A DNA stretch of 62,892 bases, filler included, from Intoshia linei (Eukaryota; Animalia; Orthonectida), in assembly GCA_001642005.1 (NCBI GenBank). It is 6 parts of 6 records of this genome, joined end to end, with 100 filler letters (N's around TTAATTAATTAA, not from the genome) between each part and the next. Parts side by side here need not be neighbours in the genome. Positions count along the whole stretch, not along the records: positions 9,327 to 33,095 come from LWCA01000549.1; 5 more parts are not named here. The stretch is one strand, 5' to 3'. Below the pieces are notes generated by a model. The model was given only the letters and a program-made list of their open reading frames with translations, did not search any database and had not been told where the DNA came from. Below are positions 13,345 to 26,789 of this stretch, one piece after another (the first letter of the stretch is position 1; every line of letters starts with the position of its first letter). A program made the position numbers and the translations under genes.

Positions 13345-14203
13345 TCCTTACGTATATAATATGCTATGTAAAATCTGTTTGTGTGTGTGTCACCGTTTAT
13401 TTCAATAATTACCAGTCTTGGAATTTTATAAAGTCCACATTTCAATTAGTTTTTTCCAGGAGTGTTAGCAAAATAAATTTCAACCGCCAAAACTCACATC
13501 TTACGTGTCAAAAAGCCCAAATGTCCTTTTTTTTTTTAAATATTTAATAATAAAAATATATAATTTAAAACAATATACACTGATACGGATTATAAAAATC
13601 ATAAATATTATCATAAATTTAAATTTAAAAAAAATATATCTTCAGGGCAAAAACCACAAATGACCCTTTTTTTTAATGAAAACAGTCCTAGAATTTAAAA
13701 AAAGTTACAGGTGGTACAGTTGTATCCCGTTAACATACACAAAAAATTTCAATCTAAAGAAATGACACCTTCACGGTCAAAAAAGCATTTTAGTATTCAT
13801 ATATTTTATTCAAACAAAAAATGTTAAATAATTAAGGGTCCGAAAATTAAAAAAAAAAATTACTCTGATAGAGCTTATTCCAGTTGATATAAATGCTAAA
13901 TTTCAACCCCAGAAATCTACGCATACCCGGTAGAAAATAATTTTGAATATATTATCAACCAATATTGTTCAAAAATTGAAAATGTAAATATTGCTCCTAC
14001 AATTTCAAACAAAATGTGCATTGAACGTCTACATATTTCCAATAAATAAATATGGGTGAAAATCTATATAATTCAGTTCTTCGGATTTTTTTTCATTGCT
14101 ATGCAATTTTTCAATCTTAAATTCTCATTTTTGAAGTATAATAAAAATGTGCCCTCGGCAAAACTAGGTGCTGTTTGTACGTAGTACATAACAGTCAACC
14201 TAG
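13345..14203 (+). mobile_element. Complete non-autonomous Helitron (family A)
   Basis: 5' TC and 3' CTAG, inserted between A and T with no TSD; subterminal hairpin ctgtttgtac-gta-gtacataacag (14171-14194). Confidence 0.85.
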
Positions 14204-15066
14204 TATTATATATATAAAATTAAAAATTTTTGTTAATTTCTCATCCTAATTTATATAAATAAATAAAAGGAATTTGATTTATGTTTCATAAACCAAAATT
14301 AGGATAATTGTGATGTTTCACAACTACACTGAAAATGGAAGTCCCGATAATTTAATAATGTATCTTCTCAGTGATTTATAAAAAAATTAATATTTTTCCC
14401 AATTTATAACTATCAAAAACTGAAAAGTGTAGTTTAAATTTAACTAAAAGTTGGTATTTTTAGCGACAACCATTTTACATAATTACAATGTAATTATTAA
14501 TTATACATTATTTTAATTAAAAATACATATTATTGATACAATCTTACTTTGCTTCTAAACAATACCTTTAATTTTCAAAATTATTAATAAAAATACACTG
14601 GTATATGGCAGGTTAGAATTTACTATAAAGGGACTCAGCCTTGATGCAATTGTACAATACAAGATGAAAATCAATTATACTATATATCCATATAATAACA
14701 TTTAAAAAATAGCCAGTTACCATATTTTACCACTATAGTTTAAAGTACAGATGTATGCGGTACCAATTATAGTTCGAAAACTAACAATAACCTACCAAAT
14801 ACTGACATACTCAAAATAAACGAAATAACGTTACAAATATAATAATATAATTAATTTTATTCTTATTTTCTAAGTGTTACAATATGAGATTATGAAAAAT
14901 TAAATTATACCTAAGAATTCACTCATTTCAATTTTGTAAAATTTTATTTTTAAAATATTACAGTAAAATTATTTTTGTATCCATAGTTTACAATGTTATT
15001 ACTTGTTAAATTTTGTATAAAGTTTATACTATAAAAATTATCACATCGATAAGAGTGTCATTAGAG

Positions 15067-15277
15067 CAGTAGTTCTCAAACTTGGGTCCGCAAGTTTAAA
15101 TAAAATTTTAAATTATTCAATTCAATATTTTCAATTTCTTTATTATACGAGCTATGCTGCGTTTGAAATCATAATTTAACCTCAATTTAGAACATAGACT
15201 TTAATTTATTTGGGGGTCCGCGAGAAAAATTAAAATTAAAAATGGACCAAAAAATTTAAAAAGTTTAAGAACCCCTG
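15067..15277. mobile_element. hAT MITE
   Basis: TIRs cagtagttctcaaac / gtttaagaacccctg; TSD cattagag / cgttagag. Confidence 0.8.
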
Positions 15278-16140
15278 CGTTAGAGAGATTGTAATTTACA
15301 AACCTATAGAAAAAGAGTAATCTTACATTACTATACTAATTAATATCTTACATTTACTAATGTTATATAATGTAAATTACATTACATAATTACTTATGAT
15401 AAGTATAGTATAAGTCACCACTGATGATGCTGTAAGTTATAGAAATTCCAATGGCATTAAAAATTAAATTGAAATACATTTTTGTATTTTTGTACATCAT
15501 ATTTTTGCGTGTCCGTTCACAATATCGTAACTCAAAAGATCGTATTTATTTTGTTTAAGTTTAAATTATATAGTTATAGTTAAATTAACTAGTTCATTTA
15601 ATTTAGACTACAGACCCAAGTTATAACTAAAATATTAAGATACCATATTATACCTACAAACCATATTACAAAAAAAATAAAAATATTCTCTAATGTGAAC
15701 ACCATAGAATATTTTTTATCCAATTCAATTTAGTATATTTAGTTTAGTTATGAAGTTTATTTTTTTACGATCATTTGATTTACGATCTTTTAATAGTGCG
15801 CCATATTTTTGTATGCAAGCACAATAATTTTTATTTCGATAAACATCAATTTAATTCGGTCGCCGATCGTGATCATCTGCTTTTATTCAATTTACATTTG
15901 TTAATTCAATACTGCTCGACATAATGCGACGTGTGACACGTGATGATGGCTTACTAATAACGAAAAACATAAGTTACATCGTATATTATCCAAATGACTA
16001 ATTGATATATATTAAGTCAATACTATTTACTAACATTCCGAATCTGATTGATAAAATTTAAATTGACAAATATGAATCAACTGATAAATATTTGTAATCA
16101 TATTGCACCGTGATACATTAAAAATAAACTTTCATTTGAT

Positions 16141-19027
16141 ATGATTAATTTATTTAAAAATTCAATTAATCTTTTTCAAATTATTAAACACGGACAAACA
16201 TTCAAACGAAATGTTTTTAAAATGAACAATTTTCAATCCCAATTAATTCCTATGGTCGTTGAATCGACTGGACGAGGTGAACGATCATATGACATTTACT
16301 CTAGACTCTTAAAAGAAAGAATTATATGCCTGATGGGACCAGTATGATTTTTACGATAATTATCCGTATCAATGCATTGCAATGCCGCCTAAAAAGTGTA
16401 AATTGGCTAAATTTTCAAAATATAACTTTTTTTTTAATTGGCTAGTAAGGTACATTTTAATTACTGTAGTTAAATAGTTTTCGAAAAAAATACAGTAGTA
16501 GCCAATTAGGGGTAGCAGAAATTGAAGAGGATGTGAAAAGTTTTAAAAAATTTGAGTCTAAGATTTTCATAATTACTGAAAAATGCATAACCAAGCAAAG
16601 ATCAGCACATATTCTTATCAACTAAATAATCTTGTTTTTATTTTTTTATAATTATCATAGATTGATGATCACCTATCTAGTTTAATTGTGGCGCAATTGT
16701 TGTTTTTACAGTCAGATAATTCCTCAAATCCTATAAATCTCTATATTAACTCTCCAGGTAATGTATAAATGTAATTTACAATGTACAAATAAAACTGGTT
16801 TTGACTTGTGATTTGGTTTAGACTTAAATGCAATACTGTATAATATCTTAACAAAATCACCCACAAATAAATGAAATGTTAAAAAATTGTCTGGATCTTT
16901 ATTTCAATTTTTAATTTTTTTTAATTCTTTATTAGGAGGATCTGTTACTGCTGGATTAGCAATTTATGATACTATGCAATTTGTAAAATCACCAATTGCA
17001 ACTTGGTAATTTTTCGTTGTTTGTACATTAATATAACCATTTTATTAACCATTACGAGATTATGCTAATTTTTTAAATATAATGCCAACAATTTAATTTA
17101 TTAACATGTAAACAAACCAAAATTGAAAGCTAAAAACTTGTATAAACTAAAATGTTTTTGTGTTGTATCAAATTGATCCAAAATTTAAATTTTTAAATTT
17201 TAAAATAAAATATTTAAAAAATACAATATCCACACCGTATAGTCCACAGCAATTTTTAAGTGGTCCATGGACAAATTGGAATGTTTGAAATATTTGAAAC
17301 ATTAAGGAAATTTTCTGAAAAATGAGTAATCCCAAATCTGTAGCCTTAGTGGGAAATTGGTTGTCAGTACGATGTAAAAGTTACATAGTGATTAAACTAA
17401 ATTTTCATTTCATACAATGATCCAGGTCTCCATTTTTTTTTACCATGGAGTGTTAATGTCGCATTACATTTTTTTCAGTGAATCTACAATTGGAACAGTC
17501 AATATGATCGAACTTATTTTTATTGATGTGGTTTATTTTTTAAATTTACAATGTTGATTAGTGGTTCATATTCTTTTTGATATGTGTACCCTTCAATAAA
17601 ATCAAGATTTTGACGATTCATAAATCACTTAAAAATGAAAGATAAAAATAAATGGTAAAAAAGCGCTATTATTATCGTATATTCTAATCCGTAACATGTA
17701 AAAACCCAACTGAAAACACATGAAACAAAAAGTAGACTACAATTGTAACAATGTATGTGAAAATTTTTAATTTTTTCATTTTATCGTGTCCTATCTAGGT
17801 CCTAGAGCATTACACACTGGATATTATTTTATTGTATTATTATTATTTAGGTGTATTGGTCAAGCTTGTAGCATGGGATCTCTTCTTTTATGTGCTGGAA
17901 CTAAGGGTATGCGAAATTCACTTCCAAATTCACGAATTATGGTCCATCAACCTTCTGGCAATGCTAGTGTATTAATTTAAATGTATTTAGTAACATTTAT
18001 ATCTAATTCAAAATTTGGATTAACTATTCTCGTTATGTTGTTTTAATAAGGGTTTACCTTAATATGTTTATTATTTTTCGGTTTATCTTTTTTTGTACAT
18101 TTTTTTTAATTCAATTCTAGCGCATTTATTCCGATTTTACGGAATTCATTTTGAGGCTTATGTATAGTTAATTACACGTAGAGCTTACAGTTTCTCAAGA
18201 ATTATCGAGAAAAAAATTAACTTATACTATTAGTAATATAATAAAAATTTTTAATTATGGAAAAACTAAAAGTACTAGCAGATCCAAAATTGTTAATATT
18301 TTTAACATATTATGTAAATAAGGATGGATTACTATCTAGTATTAATTGGTTGTTAACTTTAAAATCTTATATAAAACACCCAAAGTAGGAAAAAAATGCG
18401 ATTTATTTAACATTATGTATCACAACTTCCATATATAGGAATAAGTTCAAGATTAAAGCAATTTTTGAGACTATAAAGAAGATGTATATTACACAAGTAC
18501 ATTTAAATATTTTTTATTTTTAAAACTGGTCCACTCATCAAATGATATTTTCCACCATTACATTTTATCGTAGAAATATTTTCAATTATTTGTCTTGAAT
18601 AAAATTTGATCGGGTAACTTGAAAAATAAATATAGACGTGGCGGACATGCTTCTATTCCTATAAATACTAATATATTGAAATTTTGAATATCAGCGTTGA
18701 ATTCATTAAGATATTTTGATCCTGCATGCATTCAGTGTTCACATTTTATAGAAATATTTGTATAACTTTCATTATCCATGTATTTAGGGACAAGAGACAG
18801 ATATTGAAATTCAGGCAAAAGAAATTAAAAAATTGAAGAATACTTTGAATAAATTGTATGTTACCCATACAAATCAGTTACTCGAAAAGATTGGTATTAA
18901 TTTATCTATTTTAAATTCATTTTTAATTTTTATAGAATCGATTATGGATAGAGACTGTTTTATGAGTCCTTTCGAAGCTAAAGATTTTGGTCTTTTGGAT
19001 AATGTTTTGTCTAAACCACAGAATTGA
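16141..19027 (+). CDS. CLPP: ATP-dependent Clp protease proteolytic subunit, mitochondrial (6 exons)
   Basis: [28 protein letters not shown]; YINSPG|[14 protein letters not shown]; [11 protein letters not shown]...RIMVHQPSG; [19 protein letters not shown]. Confidence 0.95.
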
Positions 19028-19939
19028 TTTTTTTTATCTAATAAAACATTTGAACAGTTAAACTCTTTTTTAGTTTTGCATAATAAATTATACCTGTACA
19101 GTGTACATAATTAATAAATAATTAATAATTAATTTTGTAATTATAATAAATATGGATCAATATTGGTATCTCATGATAAGTTATCATTGATAACACTCAA
19201 GATTTTAAAAACCATCCAGAATTTATGTTTTATAAAATGCTGTGATTTTTAATTTTTAAAAAAATAGTAATTAGGGGTTTGACCATGAATATGTTAGTTT
19301 CGAAGGTTGGGATTTGCGACAATAGTAATCATTAGAACGCGTCCCAGAATTTAAGTTCTTTATAACTCATGGACTGATTTTATTATTAATTAAAAAAAAG
19401 TAATATGGGTTTTTGAAGGACCCAATTTCTAAAAATAAAATTGACTATAAAACATGACTCTTGAAAAACTGTATTAGAAATTGTTGTTTTATTAATTCTA
19501 GGACTTAATTTTTTAATTAAACGGTACGACAGACATTACATTTTATATAATTAAAGGATTCTCACGTGTTATACCTAATATTAAGAATATCTGTAATAAT
19601 CGTCAGGCTTAGTAATATCATTAATTGTATGAAATAATCGACTTTCGACAATAAAGTTTTTGATTTGTAATTCATTAAAAAATTAGGGTTTTTAGTAAAA
19701 CAATAGTCACTTAATAATCATAATTATTTTTTGATTAAACTGTTATATCAGCCGTAAAAAAGAAATTAACCGTTATGTCATTTTTTGAAATGGGTCTGGG
19801 ATTTTTTAAGAGTGAAAGTGGGTCATTATTAAAAAGGTTGAAAAACACTTAGTGACACATCAACGCCACAATATTTATCGGAAAAGTTTACAAGAAATTA
19901 ATTGAATTATGTATTTAAAAATATATACATAATGATTTA

Positions 19940-21350
19940 TCAAAGAAACCATTCATTGGATTGAGAATTTAGTAAATTATTATCATTATATTGTACTCGT
20001 AAATTTTGATTATTTGATAGTTTTTTTGATTCCAATAAACTATTTTGACGGAAATCGCCTTTAAGCGGTATACTGGATGAACGCTTGAAAAACTTGGATG
20101 AATCGGAATTGCATTTAGAAAAACTATTGATATTTTTAATGGTACCATTAGTGTCTACTGGAGTTTGAGTTATATGGTCAAAAATAGTGGTAATGTAATT
20201 ATCGTGTTTTTTTCTCTTGTATACTTTGATGTATATAAAAATAAATGATAAAATAATGACTATAACTAAACAAAATATTCCTAAACCTACTCCAATTTTA
20301 AAAATGAGCAATGTTTTTCGCTTTTTTTGTCGATAATAAGTACCATTAGAAATGGACATTATAATTTGAGGGTATTCGGGTACTGCTTTGGTTGATTTAA
20401 AATTATTGTTTTCATAGTATAAATCCTTTATACGTATATTTACATTGGTATCAGCAGACGTTATAGGAGTCTTGGTAGTATTTGTGGTGTATTTTTTTGT
20501 TATATTGACAGTTGTTGAAAATGATGTCACATTCCTAATATTTTAATTAAAAATTTGACGTGTATATATTATATTAAGATATTTAAAAATATAAAATAAA
20601 TAAATGTACCCAGTATTGAAAAGTTTACTAGTAAACGTAATCATGCTGACAATTTTGGTGGGTTTGTTGCTTTTTTTAGAACAATTGTTTATTTTCACAT
20701 TTAAATCCGTAAATATACACGGTTGAATGTTTTTAACAATGGGAAATTTTTCTTGAATCTAAAATAAGATACATGACTCGTTTCATTATTTAACCTTGCC
20801 AAAAAGCACAACGTAAATTCCACATATTGATATTAACGTAGGTAGCATTCGTATTTGTCAAAATTTAAATGAATTTTGCAATGTAATCAATTAAATACAC
20901 CATTAACGTTGATAAATGATTCTTTTTAGACATGCACAATACAACTTATGAAAGTGGCGGTTTTACATTCGTAATTTTAAAAACATAAATCGTATTCAAC
21001 GAAAAGAACACAGGAAACAAGCTCAAAGTCAGCTAATGCATCCTGTATATTAATCGATAGGCATTCGTACTACAATTAATTGTACAATAGGCTATAATAT
21101 TTTAATAAACCTACATACTCTGTATATTGTTACTATGTTTGCTTTTACAAAATTCATGGGACAAGTACAGTACTGAATTTTACAAAATCAATGTTATTCC
21201 AATATACTCGATTAAAACATAGTTAATAAGTTTAATTTTACTGCAATTACGCATCGGTGTGAAATGGCACATTTTCGAATTTGATCAATAATTTTTATTC
21301 CTTTCGATTGCTACCAATTTTTTCACATTTACATGTCGTTAAATTGTTTC
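19940..21350 (-). CDS. Unknown single-pass membrane protein (Cys-containing ectodomain, Thr-rich stalk); 5' extent uncertain
   Basis: 196-aa terminal ORF with a TM segment (IGVGLGIFCLVIVIILSFIFIYI) followed by KVYKRKK; upstream Cys-containing exon-like segments with GT-AG boundaries. Confidence 0.55.
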
Positions 21351-22478
21351 CTACAATGTGTAGGGGTTTCATTTAAAATTTTATATTGATTTTATGAGTA
21401 GAGTGCAATTAAAAAATATTGGTTATTTCTATATATAAATATCATATTCGCTATTTAATCAATTTATCGAAATTATTCCAGTTATAATATTTTAATTATA
21501 AATAATTTTCTGGCTTTATCAAATATTACCTTACTTAATTAAGATTACATATTTAGTAATCTACACGGTATTAAATTGTTCATCATCATATTATAATTTA
21601 TATATAGGAATACACATTTTTCTTGTATTATTTTATAAAGGTTTAATTTTAACCAGATTACTATATATCAGTTGCATGATCTCAGGCTTTATGAGATTTT
21701 CAGGTCATTGACATTCTGTCTTAAAAAAGTGTATTTAATGAATTCATACATATGAATTCCATGTAGATTTTTGTATCCGAGTGTTTGGATTACAAAAGAA
21801 ACTTTTTCAGTGAAATACGAATCATTATAATCATACAGTAATTAGCGGTTGCAAAATGTTCGTATTTAAAGTAAGTGGAAAATGTTTTTGAAAATTATTA
21901 TAAATAATACATTCATATAATCGCTTTTTCTAATTTTTTTTAAAATAAAAATATAAAAAAGGAAATTTGTGGTTTTGATCATGAAAATTATCTTTTTTTA
22001 AGTTTCCATTGGTGATAACGCTTATGATTTTAAAAACTATCCAAGAATTTGTTGTATAAAATTTTAGTACTTTTTTCGTTTACAAAAAATGATAATTTGT
22101 GTTTTTGGACAAATTTTTGTGAAAATGATAATAATGATGAATGTAAAACTTTTTATATGAATGTGTATTTTTTATAATTCTAGGACGGGTTTGAATTTAA
22201 AAAAAAATATAATTGGGGTTTTTGACCTAATAATATTCAATTTCTGACAATAAAAACTGTTATTTAAATAATAAAATTTTTAAAACTAGAATCATGTTAC
22301 TTTCTTAAATAAACTGAAACAAATAAATAACAGACATGTTTTTAACTATTTTATATAAATTAGGATTATTCTTGGTGGCTTTTAGTATTGGAGTTTTCAA
22401 CCTTTTAAATCGAATTAAATATGAAAAAACAACTATTGTAAATACTAACTTTTTATTTACAAAAATTATACCATACAT

Positions 22479-23046
22479 TTATAGTCGACGACCTCTTCTG
22501 CCACCTTTACGTCTAGTACAATCAGATGGGATGGGAGTTACGTCCTCTAATAAAAATAAAATTTAAATTTATATAGGTAAACCAATTCTTCCAATTCTCA
22601 TTCCGCTTCTAGCGACAGCTCTCATAGCTGACTGTGCTCCGGGGCCGGGTGCTTTTGTTCTAAAAAATTACATTATTTAACTAATATAATTTAAATTAAG
22701 TATTACCTATTTCCACCACGTGCTCTTAATTTGATGTGGACTCCACTGATACCCAACTGTTGTGCTTTAGCACAAGCCTGTTGAGCAGCCAACATTGCCG
22801 CGTAAGGGGAAGACTCATCACGGTCATTTTTAACCAACATTCCACCGGTTACACGAGAAATTGTTTCACTAAAAATTTAAGGTAACAATACTGATAAATA
22901 AGTGATATTTACCTTCCAGATAAATCTGTAATGTGGACAAAAGTATCATTGAATGATGCAAAAATGTACACTAGACCCATTTTTGTTGGTGCTTGCTTAA
23001 CGTCTTCAGTACCGACAACGTCACTCTTTTTTGTTCGTTTAACCAT
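22479..23046 (-). CDS. RPS14: 40S ribosomal protein S14 (uS11), 4 exons
   Basis: [17 protein letters not shown]; [25 protein letters not shown]; [14 protein letters not shown]; [22 protein letters not shown]. Confidence 0.97.
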
Positions 23047-23702
23047 TTTTTCTATATGAAATTACACGCAAAATATTTTATCGTTCGGATTTAATATAAA
23101 CCTATCGTTAGTGATTATATATTAGAGTTGACAGAAAATAAACTTAACTTTTCGCAGCATAATTAATTTATTTATAATGACTAACTAATAAAATTTGAAA
23201 ATCTCTTGCTATATTTTTCATATTGCATGTGAGATTGAAAATAATTATTGTCAAATATTTTCGGCTTTAATTTTAAATATTTTTTCATAAAAGAAGACGG
23301 ATTTTAGTAATCTTTTAAGATTGGCAAGTCGACGAAAGTTTGACTTAGTTGTAAAAATACTTGCGAAATAAAATAGTGAAAATTTCTTAGTATCAATTGT
23401 TGTCAATCCAAATATCGATAATCTGGACAGCCCATATAACTAAAATGAAAAGGAATAAGTATGTTAATAAACTTTAATTAATATTTATGTAAATTAGCAG
23501 TACAAGGGATACAAATAGTTTTTAAATTGGAGCAAAAGGGAAGGAATTATTAACATTAACTGTAAATAATTTAAAAAAATTTTAGTGTTGAGCCCGCAAA
23601 ACTTATTCTTTGACCCACTCGTAACGTGTTTGGACCATGTATAATTGATTGAGAAAACAGCAAAAGTTGGAATTTCAAAATGTATAATTATATTTATTAT
23701 AT

Positions 23703-26293
23703 TTACACCAATAATTCGTACTTTAATGGTCTCAAGAATAAGGGAGCTTCTTTAACTTTCACAAAATGTCCTGATCTAGGTCCTTCTGGCTAAAAAATAA
23801 ATATTAACATTACTTAATAAATACCTCTCTTCGCAATACAACATATTCTGATAAACCTAGCTTTACGTCTCTTTTAATTTTATCATTTTTTACCATTCTT
23901 TCAAGAAAATCTTTTCGTGAATCAGAATGTTTAATATGTTCAACTCGTAGATTAATCTTTTTTGGTATAATGCGGCCTCTTAAAATATAATAATATAGAA
24001 TTTCAATAAAGTTAACATTAGAAGTTAAAAAAATAAATATACAAACTCCAAATAAATTCAAATGACAAAGTAAAATTAAATATCAATTAAAACTATTAAA
24101 CTGTGTAAATATGCAGTAAATAAAACTACGTGATTTATTTTTTTATATCAAATATAACGATCAATGGTACAAAACAGTTGTAGATACAATTTGAAAATTA
24201 AATCAAAGCTGGCAAAGTTCGGCTTCAATGTAAATTTAAAATAATTATCTAATTTTGAACATTTACGATACAAACATTTTTGCAAGCATTTAAAATTTTA
24301 CTCGTGATAACCAAATCAAATGTGATGCCAATTGCAATTATTTGAAAATTATTTTCGGGTGTTTTTTAATAAAAAATGTTATTCAACTCCTCCAATTGAA
24401 ACAAAACCCAAATTTCCTACCATAAATCATTAACAATTTTCAGTAAGTTTTTCAATGGAATGGATAATATAACTTGAACAAAACTTTAAAATTTAAACCA
24501 TACGCAATTGAAATTTGTGTACTCATGGAATGTTTCTTTTTTCATTATTACATTAACATTATTGTAAATATTATTTATTTCTAAATTTAATTATAAACGC
24601 GGATATTTTGCGGATAAAGTTGCATTTTTCACCCGAAAACACAGCTTTTGCTATCACTGGTACACTAGGTTTTTAATTAAAAAATCAAACCTTTAGAAAT
24701 AAGTTACATTTCTCACTACCAAAAACACTTGTCATTTTCCAAATCTAACAATTAATTTTCTCAACATAAGAATTGCTACTTCAGTAATTACAGCATTTTT
24801 AGATTATTATATTTAGAAACATATTACTAACAAATAATTTAAAATAAATTCAAGAAAATGATTATACCATTTGCATATATTTTTTATAAATATCGAGGAG
24901 GATTTGAGGAGAAGCCTATGGACAATAGGTTATGTTCAAATCTGTAATTAATTAAATTTTACTTGCAAGGAGCGACCTTAATTATATTATTTATAATAAA
25001 CTAGCTTGGCCGTTTTGTACTACATACCAACAGACACCTAGCTCTGCCGATGGCGGACTAATCTAATTCAAGCAAAAAAATAAATGCAATAATAAAATCT
25101 TAATAAAGATAAGATAATAAAGATGCTACTCATTATTAATAATCATTTAAAGTCATTCCTAAACTCGAATTTCACATTATCTTTTAGTTTAAAAAAAAAA
25201 TCAGGGTTTTTGACAGGTAATATGTACATTTGGGAGTTTAAAATTTATCTTACTTTGACCCAAAAAAAAAACGGCAATACAAATGTGGACTTTATAAAAT
25301 TCTAAGACTCTTAGTTATTGAAATAAACGATAACACACAAAGACAGACAAACAAAGCATTTTATATAACTAAGGATATGAAGTCAGTACGGCTTGCCAGC
25401 ATTAAAAGTTCTCAAAATCTGATATTACCCAATCAGTCGCCCAAAAAATTTCAAAAATCAACAAACGCCAATAAAAAATTATTAAAATAAAAAGTTATGG
25501 GTGAATAAAATATTTTAATGATAAAAATTGCAAAACATTGATTTGAGAGGAACTATACAATCTAAACCACCTCTCGCTGGTTCCTCCAGTTTATAACCTT
25601 CGAAAAATGGAATCTTTCATAAATTTGTAAAATACATTTAAAAAATAAATAAATGTACATTATTTTATATATCAAATATAACGATCAACGGTTATCAACA
25701 GTTGTAGATACAATTTGAAAGGTTTAAATTTTATAGTTTAACATGGTCTGTTATAAAAACCAATTGAAATAGGGTTTTAAATAATTTTAAATATTATCCA
25801 ACAATTCGCTTTAGGTTTGCTAAATTACGTTTCCATTAACGATTCATTTTCCAAAAAATATTTTAAAATCGTGCTTTACAATTTAAATTAATACACGTGA
25901 ATTCCAGTTCCCGGTCACTTGATCTTTTTGAAAACGTTAAATAATTTAATGTAATACTCATTATTATTTCTTTTAACGCTTCCGTTTAAATATACATAAA
26001 AAATTTACCTTACTCTTTTGTTCACTACTACACCAATACCTCGACGGGTTACATTGTACACTCGTCCAGTTTTTCCATGATAAGACTTGTGAGGCATTCC
26101 TTTTTGTACTGCTCCATTTCCCTAATTTAGAATTAAATAAATTTCAATTTTACATTTATAATACCTTTATATTGACAATATCCCCACGTTTATAAACTGC
26201 ACTGGAAGAAGTCATGTTTATAGTTCCATGTTTTCTGAATGCTCGACGGAACATGTGACGCGTTCCACGTCTATATCCATTTGTATTTGTCAT
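23703..26293 (-). CDS. RPL21: 60S ribosomal protein L21 (eL21), 4 exons
   Basis: [23 protein letters not shown]; [22 protein letters not shown]; [23 protein letters not shown]; ...PLKYELLV*. Confidence 0.97.
25001..25375 (-). mobile_element. Helitron A, internally deleted copy with both ends, in an RPL21 intron
   Basis: Reverse complement starts A|TCCTTAG and ends hairpin-CTAG|T. Confidence 0.7.
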
Positions 26294-26789
26294 TTGGTTT
26301 TTATTTTATTTGTGAGTTAAAAAAACTGCAATGTGATAGAGCGATAATGTATTTATCTAAATATAATTATGGAAAATGAATATAAATTTATTTTGTTTTT
26401 AAAAAATTGTTATTCACAAATTGTTAAATTGTACAGGTCGATTCATTTTATACATAACAAATTGATTAAACAATCATTTGTAACATTATCTACGTGTAAA
26501 CTAAAAAATATACTTAAAAAATTACAAATTTTGTTAATATATCTTCATATTTTCATATATCTTAAAACTATAATTTTACAATTTGTTAAATTATATTGCG
26601 TTCCACACTGTCATAACACCTCAACTGTGTACTTTTTATGTGTTTACTTTATTTTATGTAATTTAATTTTAAAAAAACTCTTTTCAATGAAAAAATAATT
26701 GATTCTTGAAAATGTTAATAGACAACCTTAATTATTGAAATTTCTCTTCAAAAGTTTACATTAAAACTTTATTAATATAATGTGCCTTA

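Noticed and set aside
14530-14930. Possible Argonaute first exon or microexons (e.g. ATG AGT GAA TTC TTA G|gt on the minus strand)
   Set aside because: Cannot be distinguished from chance splice-like motifs without transcripts
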